64,000 nucleotides of DNA. It comes from a virus. The stretch lies in the IMG/VR virus record IMGVR_UViG_3300026532_000001; one strand, 5' to 3'. Under the pieces are notes generated by a model. The model did no database searches. It had not been told where the DNA came from and worked only from the letters and a program-made list of their open reading frames with translations. This document shows positions 42,704 to 52,500 of the stretch, piece by piece. The first letter of the stretch is position 1, and each line of letters starts with the position of its first letter. The translations under genes and the position numbers were made by a program.

Positions 42704-43609
42704 ATGACCCCCCAAGAAATTCAGGATACCCCACTCGGGCAAGGGTTGAGTGCTTCCATTTCTGCCTTACCAACAGGGCAAATAGATCGAATGCTAGCGA
42801 AAGCCTCAGCACGCTGTGACTCTGAGTGTAGACGCCGCTTGCAGGCCCCGGGCTCTACTACACTCTCACAGAACGCTAGTCCAGGGGCTACACAGCTCTC
42901 GCTTGCCTCTACAGTCACCTTGGATGAGCTTGACGAACAGGCTGTACAGATCGGTAGCGGATCGACACAGGAGACGATCCTAGTCAAGTCTGGAGGTGTG
43001 AATGTCACGAATTGGGCATCTCCCTACCCAGGCACAATCAATCTTGCAAGTGCTACACAGTTCTCTCACAGCTCAGGAGATCCTGTAGTCTTTCTCTACA
43101 AAGAGACAACAGAGGCCGGTGGCGCGTCTAGCTCAGACCCATATGCAGAGGCAGCCCTTACACAAGAGGCTCAAATTGCAGCGTCTCACATGCCATCCTT
43201 GCATAGTGGCCTGACACGTGTAGTTTTCTTGCGCAATTATCCCATTATCACTATATTAGCTATAGAACATGCATTTTCATTTACAACGCAATTTAATACA
43301 GTTGATGTAACTGCACAAATACCTGTACCTACAGAAGGATGGTACCGTTTCAGCCCCGGGAGCATGATATTGCGTGAAGGGATTATGCGCACAACGTACA
43401 CGGGAGGTTTCCAGAATATACCAGATGACATAAAGGAGGCTACAAGCAAATTCTTTGCAGTGGCTATGAGGCAGATGATTAACCCATATGGAACGATTGA
43501 ACTGCATTTGGGTAAGCGTAAGCAGAAGTGGGCAGCAAGAGGTGGAGAGAAAGATCCTCTGGTAGAAGAAGCATGCCGTATTTTGAAGAAGTATAAGAGG
43601 ACGGTATAG
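42704..43609 (+). CDS. head-tail adaptor/connector (gp6-like, extended)
   Basis: C-terminal NYPIITILAIEH...TTYTGGFQNIPDDIKEATSKFFAVAMRQ resembles head-tail connector family endings. Confidence 0.5.
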   Translation: MTPQEIQDTPLGQGLSASISALPTGQIDRMLAKASARCDSECRRRLQAPGSTTLSQNASPGATQLSLASTVTLDELDEQAVQIGSGSTQETILVKSGGVNVTNWASPYPGTINLASATQFSHSSGDPVVFLYKETTEAGGASSSDPYAEAALTQEAQIAASHMPSLHSGLTRVVFLRNYPIITILAIEHAFSFTTQFNTVDVTAQIPVPTEGWYRFSPGSMILREGIMRTTYTGGFQNIPDDIKEATSKFFAVAMRQMINPYGTIELHLGKRKQKWAARGGEKDPLVEEACRILKKYKRTV

Positions 43610-43612
43610 ATT

Positions 43613-44155
43613 ATGGTGTATGGCGCTACTCAAAAAGGTCAAGATGATACATTGTTAAGTAGTGTTATTGTACCTGGAAACATCAATCCTATACCAATAC
43701 AGGGTGGATACCAGATAACAGACTCAAATGACAATGTTTTGGCTCAAGTGTTGCTCAGTCTTGGCACGACTATTGCAGGCGAGGATATACCGAATGATCG
43801 GCTCAAGACCTCTAACGAAGTGGTCATGAGCAACACGAATACCCATAATGCTGTTTCAATCCTGAATGGTAGCCAAGGAACGACAAATAATGCAGTGTAC
43901 TCAAATCCAATCAATAGTGCAAATTATCGGAAATATGCTATTGCAGGATGGGGAGCAAATGGCAACATTCAGCTTCTCTTACAGGTATCCTATGATGCCG
44001 GAAATACATGGTTATGGCATGTGAACGGTTTTGTAAATGCAGGTCAGTTTATCATGCAGCAAGGTGATATTATTGCACCGCTAGCTCGTTTAGTTGCAAT
44101 AAATGTGAGTGGATCGACACAAAGCGTGACGGCTTATTTGTGCTTAGCGAGGTAA
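43613..44155 (+). CDS. hypothetical structural protein
   Basis: 180 aa, beta-rich. Confidence 0.45.
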   Translation: MVYGATQKGQDDTLLSSVIVPGNINPIPIQGGYQITDSNDNVLAQVLLSLGTTIAGEDIPNDRLKTSNEVVMSNTNTHNAVSILNGSQGTTNNAVYSNPINSANYRKYAIAGWGANGNIQLLLQVSYDAGNTWLWHVNGFVNAGQFIMQQGDIIAPLARLVAINVSGSTQSVTAYLCLAR

Positions 44156-44158
44156 GAA

Positions 44159-45265
44159 ATGGCAAGATTAGCAGCGACGGGGCGCACTCCATTGCAATGG
44201 TATGCGAATCGATCTGCCTACACGCCTCAAAACCTGGGCATGAACTATCCTTGGCTCAACAACCATGCTGGGGGATCTGTCATCAACTATCTCACGACGC
44301 AATACAACTCGACACTGGTCGAGAATGATCTTGCGCTTATTGCGAGCTGGGGCGTCAAAATCATCCGGGCTTGGGGACAACTTGAGAGCGTGATGGACTG
44401 GACTGGAAACGCCTATACAATCAATACTACTTATGCAGCTAATCTAGATGATTTCCTTACAAGATGTGCTAATCATAACTTACAGGTCATACTTGTTATT
44501 GGCGATGGCAAGTCAAGTGGTGGCTATTCCAATCTAGATGGTAAATTCCGATGGACATTCGTAAACTCATCTAGTACATATTTAAGTGCATTATATACTT
44601 ATGTAAATCATTTTAAGGCTCATGCTAATATTCTCATGTGGGAATTGCAAAACGAACCGTATGCAAATCTAACCTGGAGTGACAATGCTATCACATCAGG
44701 AGTGACCCAAGCGCAGTTACATGAATTTCTTGTTTCATGCTATAGCGTGGTCAAAGTTATCGTTGGAAGTACTTATGTTGGATTTTCGGATTATGAGGAA
44801 GAACAGCAGAACGTCTATCAATTATTCTCTAATGCGACAAAACGAACAAATCTCGTTGATGACTGTACTGATGTGTACAGCATGCATATCTATCGAGCTG
44901 ACCAGTGGCAAATTGCTGATTTTCGCAATCTAACTGGAAAGCCAAAGTGGTGCTCAGAAGTTGGTTCCTACAACTACAGCGATCCGACTGGCGTGTCTCA
45001 CGGGAACCAGCCAGGCTATAACGAGCTGATGAGTGATGGCCCGAATGGCATTTCAGGTATCAGTAATCCGTATTCCACAAGAAGTATCGCTGCAAAACTC
45101 ATTAATTCAGGCTTTTCGCTTATCTTGCCATGGTCTATTGGGGACAATGATAGCGTCGTGAGGCATCTTTCAGACGGCTCTCACATCGTAGGCTCATTGG
45201 GAGCGTGGATACAGGCGCAATTCAATGCTACACGCACTCTAGCAAGTGGGCGTCAACTAGTATGA
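44159..45265 (+). CDS. glycoside hydrolase family 5-like enzyme
   Basis: GH5 signature ILMWELQNEPY (acid/base Glu) and KPKWCSEVGSY (nucleophile Glu context). Confidence 0.7.
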   Translation: MARLAATGRTPLQWYANRSAYTPQNLGMNYPWLNNHAGGSVINYLTTQYNSTLVENDLALIASWGVKIIRAWGQLESVMDWTGNAYTINTTYAANLDDFLTRCANHNLQVILVIGDGKSSGGYSNLDGKFRWTFVNSSSTYLSALYTYVNHFKAHANILMWELQNEPYANLTWSDNAITSGVTQAQLHEFLVSCYSVVKVIVGSTYVGFSDYEEEQQNVYQLFSNATKRTNLVDDCTDVYSMHIYRADQWQIADFRNLTGKPKWCSEVGSYNYSDPTGVSHGNQPGYNELMSDGPNGISGISNPYSTRSIAAKLINSGFSLILPWSIGDNDSVVRHLSDGSHIVGSLGAWIQAQFNATRTLASGRQLV

Positions 45266-45430
45266 GGCCAAAGTATAATAGCTAATGCGCATATGTAGAA
45301 GATAAGTGCATATATGAAGCCTTCAAGCAGCGGCTTTTGTGTAAGCCAAGCACCTACGATGCCAGCAGTGCAGAAGAGGGCTGCGAGGCTTGTCAGAATG
45401 TAGATTTTCATGGCAACAGTCTAACGTACT

Positions 45431-45811
45431 ATGTCAAGGGAGATAATCATGGCAAGATACGCTTTAAGAACATTTGGAGCACCTGTACTATTACCTCCTG
45501 CAATAAGAATAGGTCCATATAGGTATATGACACAGAAGAGAGCTAATACTAGTATCAAAACAAATATCTACATGCAAATCGATGAAAACGAAGATATGCG
45601 CATTAAAAGCAATATGGGAGGTGCAGAACCTTCATTCTCGCATTGGGGCTATACCATTGGAGGTGTAGTGGACATACGGCTGGGTGATCTCTTAGTAGAT
45701 CAAAATGCCGATATTGCAGGTCAAATTAATTCGTATCGTGTCGCTGGTAGACCTGAGCATTTTGATCTTGATCACACAGAGGTCCCGATTGACCTGATAG
45801 TCAAAACATAG
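45431..45811 (+). CDS. head-closure / head-tail joining protein (putative)
   Basis: 126 aa, positioned before the gp10-like gene. Confidence 0.4.
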   Translation: MSREIIMARYALRTFGAPVLLPPAIRIGPYRYMTQKRANTSIKTNIYMQIDENEDMRIKSNMGGAEPSFSHWGYTIGGVVDIRLGDLLVDQNADIAGQINSYRVAGRPEHFDLDHTEVPIDLIVKT

Positions 45812-45818
45812 AGGGAAT

Positions 45819-46232
45819 ATGCTTGAATTCTCATACACAATCGATCCTAGCGCACTTGACAAGATCAAGCAGTTTGCAGGATGGAAGCTCATCCTTGAAG
45901 AGGAACTGCTCAGAGCTCACAAGAAGAGTACCGATGCTCTCCAAGATGCGGCTAGAGCGAATATGCACTGGAAGAATCCATCAGGCAAGCTTGAAGGCAG
46001 CCTGCAATCTCAGATTATGAACCCGTATGCCAGTTGGATGGGGACGGACCTCAAATATAGCCGTCGCAGGGAGTACGGTTTTACGGGCATGACAGATAGT
46101 ATAGGCAGGTACTATGCTCATGACCCGGGCCAATTTTACATGACGGATGCACTTAAGCAGAAGACGGGTGATATTGACGCGAACTTTACTGAAGCTGTCA
46201 ATGCTGCTCTTACAAGATTAGGTGGCGCATGA
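45819..46232 (+). CDS. HK97 gp10-like tail component
   Basis: Size, position, and the ALQDAARANMHWKNPSGKLEGSLQ segment. Confidence 0.45.
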   Translation: MLEFSYTIDPSALDKIKQFAGWKLILEEELLRAHKKSTDALQDAARANMHWKNPSGKLEGSLQSQIMNPYASWMGTDLKYSRRREYGFTGMTDSIGRYYAHDPGQFYMTDALKQKTGDIDANFTEAVNAALTRLGGA

Positions 46233-46489
46233 AGTACTTCAAGATGAGTCTTAGCGATTCAGGTAAAGCGCAAAGCGAGGTATGGCGTCGTCAAGCCTTG
46301 GTCGGTCTCAAGGCATCAAGCTTTCATACCAGTGGAAGCCTAGAGGTCTCTACCTGGACTGCAGATGTAGTTGGTGAGGCAATCTTTCGCCAAGTGCTCG
46401 TAGATATGCAAATTCAGCATGAGGAAGGTAACGAACAGCAGATTTTTACTTTCCTGGATAAACACTTTTCGTTAGATGAAAGGAAGTAA
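46229..46489 (+). CDS. hypothetical tail-module protein
   Basis: 86 aa; ATGA overlap. Confidence 0.4.
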   Translation: MKYFKMSLSDSGKAQSEVWRRQALVGLKASSFHTSGSLEVSTWTADVVGEAIFRQVLVDMQIQHEEGNEQQIFTFLDKHFSLDERK

Positions 46490-46491
46490 AC

Positions 46492-46986
46492 TTGCCTTCT
46501 GGCCCTAATACACCAGCAATCTTGCAACAAATTAAGACCATGGCGCAAGGTGTCCAGGTTGGATCCTCCAACTTCTTCCAGTCTGCGAACTGCAAAGTGG
46601 GGCGCTTCAAGGATATTCGGGACAATCTGCCAGCATTCGAAGTCGTCCTGGGTCCTAAGGATGAGACCAAGCGGCAAACCAGCGGGGGCGCTCCTGTCGT
46701 AGGGGGAAGGATCGATGACTCGCAAGACTACACCTTTGAGGTCACGTTGGCATATTCGGATGCGGACTCTGAAATAGTGGAAAGCACAACCTTGCCAGGC
46801 ATCAGAGACGCACTCACACAGATGTTCCACGCCTCTGCAAATCTTGGCATGCCTGGGCAAGTACAGAGTAGCCAGCTCACCGGAATTGGTGAGTATTTGT
46901 ATCTCATGAGAAGCGGTGAGATCTACCGCATGTATCGCAATGTGTTGCGTGTGCAATATCAATATAACGTTTTGATGGTTCCATAG
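46492..46986 (+). CDS. tail completion/terminator-like protein (putative)
   Basis: 164 aa, TTG start, positioned before the tube gene. Confidence 0.4.
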   Translation: MPSGPNTPAILQQIKTMAQGVQVGSSNFFQSANCKVGRFKDIRDNLPAFEVVLGPKDETKRQTSGGAPVVGGRIDDSQDYTFEVTLAYSDADSEIVESTTLPGIRDALTQMFHASANLGMPGQVQSSQLTGIGEYLYLMRSGEIYRMYRNVLRVQYQYNVLMVP

Positions 46987-46996
46987 GAGAAAATGT

Positions 46997-47179
46997 ATGG
47001 AGACAAAGATAGCAGATGCCGATGGCAAGGTGGATCAAAACGGACATGAGGCGACGTATCCACCGGGTACAAAAGTCTTCTTTGAAGCGGGTGCCTACGC
47101 AGGCCACGTCTCGCCAGAAGTCCCAGAAGAAGAGAAACCAGCTAAGATACAAAAGAAGCAAATAGAGTCGAAAGAATGA
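46997..47179 (+). CDS. hypothetical small protein
   Basis: 60-aa ORF. Confidence 0.35.
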   Translation: METKIADADGKVDQNGHEATYPPGTKVFFEAGAYAGHVSPEVPEEEKPAKIQKKQIESKE

Positions 47180-47196
47180 AAGAAAGAAGGTAAGGC

Positions 47197-48915
47197 ATGA
47201 GTGGCAATTCGAGTCTGGGCAGGGTCGGTATTACGTTAGAAAGCCTCACCAATCCTGGGATGCAATTGGTGTTTGGACCGACGTCTGTATCATCCTTACC
47301 GGCGTCCCTCACCACGCAACCGAACGCCGTCCCGGGTCGGTCTGTCTTTTCCGGTGCCCGTCTGCTCATTGATGTGCGAGGTAACTTTGCGACGGGAACC
47401 ATCACCATCACTGGCAAAGACTTTACTCAAGCTCAGAATGCAGCGACATCTACCACGCCTACGATACCTGTTGCCAGTACAGCGGCTAATACACAACCAT
47501 ATGAGTATGTAACACCTGAGATATATAGTACTGTTAATGCCTCTGGTGTGACAGTAACAGGTCTCACGGGTGGTATTGTGCGTATCTGGGCAATACCAGT
47601 GGCAAGTACGCTGGTGCCTGCAATGCTTGAGGCACCAGAAGAGAAGATTGGCAAGCATTCACCACAAGAGCAACGAGGCACACTTTCCAGAAATACGAAC
47701 TACAAGAACCTCAATAAGCTGGTTGAGATTGGGAAGTTTGAGCAGGATTTCTATCTAGACAATTGTGCTCAGTGGTTTGGACGCTCGGTTGTGGGCAGTA
47801 ATCCGACCCAGGTGACCATACCCGCCTCTCCTGCCGTGCTCAAGACTATCACGGCTATTGCATCTTTTCCCGTTACCCTTACCACGCAACCTAATACTAT
47901 AGGCCCTGGAAACATCATACAGCTTGTGGTGACCGGATCGGCAGCAGTCGGTACAGTGACCGTTGCTGGCACCAATATCTTCGGTCAGGCTATAACAGAA
48001 ACTGTCATTTGTGGCATGCCGGGTGCAGCCAATGGCGATGGTACCTACTACACTGAACAGCTCTTTGCCAGTGTAAATGCAGCTGGCATCACTGCGACTG
48101 GTCTTACTTCTGGCTCCGTCGCTTTCAATGGCATTCTCGGTATCCAGGAGACCTATCAGGTTGGTCTTGCTGGTACAGGCGCTGGCGATAAGCTCCAATC
48201 AGTCTCACTTGAGCAGTACACAGGTGTTGACGCACTTACGCATCCGCTTACGTTCTGGGAAGAGGTCACGATTGAGGGGAGCACTGAGAAGGAGAACAAA
48301 ATCACCTGCAAGGGCGGTGCTCAAGATCAATTCGCCATAGGGGATAGAACCGTTCTCAACATGGAGAATACCGCTGGTAACGTGCCATTCGGCTCTATTG
48401 GCGCACTCTCTGCGCTCTGGCAACCGCAAGAAGTTGGGATAGGTGGCTGGCAAACTGCATGGTTCATCGACCCACTTTCAGGCACGGCAGGCACTACCGC
48501 ATACAATCAGGTCCTGGACTGGAAGATCATCTTTAAGATCCCTCGCACGAGAAACTTCCCGGCAGTCAACAGCCAACGCTTGCAATCGGTCACACGGAAG
48601 CAGCGTGAAACTGAGATTGAGCTTACCATTCTCTTCGAAGATCTTGTACAGTATGAGAAGTACCGGCAGAATGTCAAACAGCTTCTTCAAGCGCAATTCC
48701 TGAGTAACATCTATATGGGTACTACAGGAGGTACTACCTACTTTAAGAACTGGACATTTACTTTTCCTGCAAAGATTATAGAAGCGAAACGAGACCCAAC
48801 GAAGCTTGAAAGGGTAGAAGCAAAGATCAAATTCTCGACAGAGTACACAGATACTTTAGGCTACGAATTCAAGTTTGTATCACAGAACCAGTTACCTGCA
48901 AATTATGCTGCATAA
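47197..48915 (+). CDS. major tail (tube) protein with an internally duplicated ~65-aa module
   Basis: Lies directly before the frameshifting chaperone and tape measure. Repeat modules are at nt 47395-47590 and 47950-48126. Confidence 0.55.
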   Translation: MSGNSSLGRVGITLESLTNPGMQLVFGPTSVSSLPASLTTQPNAVPGRSVFSGARLLIDVRGNFATGTITITGKDFTQAQNAATSTTPTIPVASTAANTQPYEYVTPEIYSTVNASGVTVTGLTGGIVRIWAIPVASTLVPAMLEAPEEKIGKHSPQEQRGTLSRNTNYKNLNKLVEIGKFEQDFYLDNCAQWFGRSVVGSNPTQVTIPASPAVLKTITAIASFPVTLTTQPNTIGPGNIIQLVVTGSAAVGTVTVAGTNIFGQAITETVICGMPGAANGDGTYYTEQLFASVNAAGITATGLTSGSVAFNGILGIQETYQVGLAGTGAGDKLQSVSLEQYTGVDALTHPLTFWEEVTIEGSTEKENKITCKGGAQDQFAIGDRTVLNMENTAGNVPFGSIGALSALWQPQEVGIGGWQTAWFIDPLSGTAGTTAYNQVLDWKIIFKIPRTRNFPAVNSQRLQSVTRKQRETEIELTILFEDLVQYEKYRQNVKQLLQAQFLSNIYMGTTGGTTYFKNWTFTFPAKIIEAKRDPTKLERVEAKIKFSTEYTDTLGYEFKFVSQNQLPANYAA

Positions 48916-48953
48916 TGAACATTTTATGCAAGATATTTAGTAAGAGGAAGAAT

Positions 48954-49391
48954 ATGAATGGATTTAATCCGAATGAAGTAGAGAGCATACGAGCTCCATG
49001 GTTCAAGCCTGGAGAGTACGTCATCATTCAAACTGAGATGACAGCAGGGGATGACGCGTGGATACAGGATCAACTCGTTCGCACTGAGATCGGCAAGCAG
49101 CTTGCCAAGCAAAACATGAACCTCAAGATCCAAGTGGGGTCTGTCAAGCTGGCTACTCTGAAGAGGATGGTCAAAGGTTGGAACGTTCTCAAAACCGTTC
49201 GTCAAGCTGATGGAACATCTGTAGAAATGCCTTTAGTTTTCTCACCTGAAAATATCGAAAAGCTTCCCAAAACCTACTATGACTTTATCGCGAAAGAGAT
49301 ATCAGACCGCAATCCTGATATGGATGAGCAGGAACAGCAGGATTTTTTACCACCTGCCTCAGGAGTTATAGAGGCACATCAGGAGAACTGA
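48954..49391 (+). CDS. tail assembly chaperone (G-like, 0-frame product)
   Basis: Located between the tube and tape-measure genes. AGAGGAAG SD lies before ATG 48954. Confidence 0.7.
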   Translation: MNGFNPNEVESIRAPWFKPGEYVIIQTEMTAGDDAWIQDQLVRTEIGKQLAKQNMNLKIQVGSVKLATLKRMVKGWNVLKTVRQADGTSVEMPLVFSPENIEKLPKTYYDFIAKEISDRNPDMDEQEQQDFLPPASGVIEAHQEN

Positions 49392-49573
49392 TACCTGAGA
49401 TCAAGGATGCAACCATGTGGAACATTTACGGAAGTAAGAGCGACTACATGAGAGCACCTAGATTAGAAGCACATAGGCAGTGGATACGCTACCAAGCTGA
49501 ACAACAGTATGAGCAAGAGAAGCAGAAGCAGATAGAGCAGCAGCAAAGAGAGGAGATAAATCGTGGCCGATGA
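48954..49573 (+). CDS. tail assembly chaperone GT-like product via -1 frameshift, join(48954..49349,49349..49573)
   Basis: The -1 frame is open from the slippery site to TGA 49571-49573, overlapping the tape-measure GTG 49563. Confidence 0.65.
49343..49349 (+). promoter_or_regulatory. -1 programmed ribosomal frameshift slippery heptamer T TTT TTA
   Basis: The zero-frame codons gaT TTT TTA fit X XXY YYZ. The site lies 40 nt before the 0-frame stop. Confidence 0.7.
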
Positions 49574-52500
49574 TCTCTACTTGCGTATTGCTCTAGAGGC
49601 GCGTGACCTCGCTTCAAATATCGTCAAGAATGTTGGCAAATCTCTTGCCGATCTGAGTGGATCGGGAGCTCTTGCAGGCTCAGGACTTCTCCTTGCAGCA
49701 GGAGGAGCGGCACTTGTAGCGGGTGCTATTGCCTCAACTATCAAACCAGCAGCGGATTTTCAATCTCAGTTGACCAGCTTGGTTACGGGCGCGGGTGAAC
49801 TTCCCCGAAATCTCAAGATGGTAGGGGCTGGTATTCAAGATATCGCTGTCGAGACGGGTACTGCAACCAAAGACCTGACCTCAGCTATGTTCATGATCAA
49901 TTCGAGCGGCAAAATAGGCGCGGATGGCTTGCTGGTACTGCGAGCAGCGGCACAGGGGGCCAAGACTGACAATGCCGACTTAACCACGGTCACCAAAGCC
50001 TTAACCACCATCATGACGGACTATCATCTTCCAGCTTCACAAGCAGCTGCTGCAACTAATGAGCTGATAGCAGCGGCTAAAGCAGGAAAGATGCATATGC
50101 AGGATCTTGCAGGTTCAATGGGTATGGTTCTGCCAATTGCTCATAGCGCTCATGTCTCTTTTGCCGATGTTGGTGGCGCACTTGCCATGATGACCAATGC
50201 AGGCATGACGGCCCAGCGCGCTTCTCAAAATCTGGCATTTGCTCTTCGTGCTCTTGAAGCCCCCTCTGGCATCGCACAGAGCTCTATGACGGATATCGGG
50301 CTAAAAGCTCAGGACCTCAAAGATACACTTTCCACAAAAGGTCTGCCTGCCGCTCTCCAACTTATTGAGGATCATATTGGCTCAAAGTTCCCAGCAGGAA
50401 GCATAGAAGCGACGACAGCACTCAAGAACATCATGGGAGGTGCAGCAGGTTTAAATGTCGCCTTACAGATTGGCGGCGAGAATATGGACGCTTATAGGAA
50501 GAATGTATCATCCATCACAGCAGCACTCAAAGCAGGTGGAACCTCGGTTGAGGGTTGGGATCTTGTTCAGCAGAACCTGAATACAAGAATGCAGCAAGCG
50601 CAAGAGGTAGTAGAAGTACTCAGGATCAAGATCGGGACTGCTCTTCTGCCGATGGTGACCGCAATTGCAGGGGCTATTATTCCCGTGATTACTGGTTTCT
50701 CCAACTTTATTAGCTGGTTGGATAAAGCAAATATGCTCGTCCCTATCCTCAGCGGCGTGCTAGCTGGCTGTGCAGCTCTCATCCTGGCAGTGGTAATTCC
50801 TGCGTTGGTGAGCCTGGCTGTAGCTGTCATAGGCGCTACATTGCCTTTCTATCTGGTAGCAGCGGCTATAGCAGCAGTTGTTGCAGCTTTCATCTACTTC
50901 TATAACAATTCCAAGCCATTTAAGGTATTCGTTGATAATTCAATTGTGTCTGTTAAATCATTTGCTGCAACGCTTGTGAATGATCTGAAGCCTGCGATGA
51001 AAACTGCTGAAAATGCCTTCCATAGTCTCCAGAATGAAGCACAGCTCGCTATGTTCTCTATCGTTGATGTGGTACAGCAGAGTACATCAAAAGCAAAAGT
51101 TAGCGCACTCAGCAATACTATAGAGCAGAAGCAGAAACTGATTGCATCCTATGAAGAGCAAAGAGCACATATTCAAAGTGAGATGATCTATTTCCATGAT
51201 GCTGTGCATATCAATACTCTTAAGGCAAAGCTCACAGCTATCAAAAATGCTCAAGATCAGGCACAGGGCGTTGTTACGGCTGCTGCATGGCAGAGAATAA
51301 GCATTGAAGATGAGATGAAACGGCTTGACCCTGCCGTGAGGATGCACACACTCCAGATGAAGGATGTCAGTATTAGCCATTCCCTTGCTCAAGCTGAAGG
51401 CACTGTGAAAAACATTGCAAAGCAGCGAGCAGGCATCATAAACGAGATGCATCACGCTCATACTGAAGGTGCTATGGAAGCATTGCAACTAAAGCTCAAG
51501 TCGATTGATCATGCACAGAAACAAGCCGATGGTGTTGTTGCTGCTATCACAAGGCAGAAGAATGGCGTAGAGCAACTTATACAGCAACAAGGCTCTATTC
51601 TCATAAATGAGGCTATTATCAACGGCGCTATTGCGATGTGGCAAAACCTGCAAACTGGCACTATTTCAGCAGTTCGCGGCATAATGCCGGTGCTTCTCTG
51701 GCTATGGTCTGGTATGCAGATGCTTGGCTCCTTCATCGCCACACAATTCAAGCCCGTTTGGGATGAGCTTGTCCATGTCTGGCAAACACAGATCGTTCCT
51801 GCCTTTTCGGGTCTTGCTCCAGTAGTTGAACCACTCAAAATGCTGCTTGGGGCACTGGCAATGGTTGTGGGGGTTGTTCTTGTTATCGCGTTGGGCGTGC
51901 TAGTCGGGGCTATCACGGGCGTTGCTAAAGGACTGGCCGGTCTCCTTATTGGAGTTGCACAAGTTGTGGGTGGCGTTATTCAGATATTTGGCGGGTTGGT
52001 TCAGTTTTTCTCTGGTATTGTGGCTTTTGTCGTTGATCTGGTAACAGGACAGTGGGGAAAGCTCATTCCTGATTTGCTTGTTATTTGGTATGGTATAGAG
52101 AATACTGTTGCTGGGCTGGTAAATGTTGTGACAGGACTGTTCTGGGCACTTGTCTGGGGAGTATGGGGACTTGTTTCCGGTTTTGTCATGGGCATTATCG
52201 GCTTTTTCATACATCTCTACAACGCGCTTGTGGGACATTCCATCATACCGGATCTTGTAAACGGTGCAATTGCCTTGTTCATGCAGCTCAATATCCGAGC
52301 TGTTCAACTAGTAATGCAGCTAGTAATGGGTGTCATTGGCTGGTTTGCTCAACTCCCGGGGCGTGCCGTTAGCTTCCTCTGGTCCTTGCCTGGAATGATC
52401 CAAAGTGTTTGGAATACTGTCATCGCAGATGCAACAAATGCAGGAGCAAATATTGTCAATGGAATAGCGAATGGGATTAGAGGTGCAATAGGAGCTGTAG

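Noticed and set aside
46414-47028. Long minus-strand ORFs inside + strand genes (also 60928..61476, 39837..40337, 40943..41500, 21703..22359, 10845..11489, 11392..11751, 25069..25533, 22361..22783).
   Set aside because: They are antisense to genes with recognisable domains or strong SDs, and have no SD or promoter of their own. Their odd composition points to shadow ORFs.
47197-48915. A contractile tail sheath protein (because of the 572-aa size).
   Set aside because: It is followed directly by the frameshifting chaperone and tape measure with no separate tube gene. It is better explained as an enlarged tube protein with duplicated modules.
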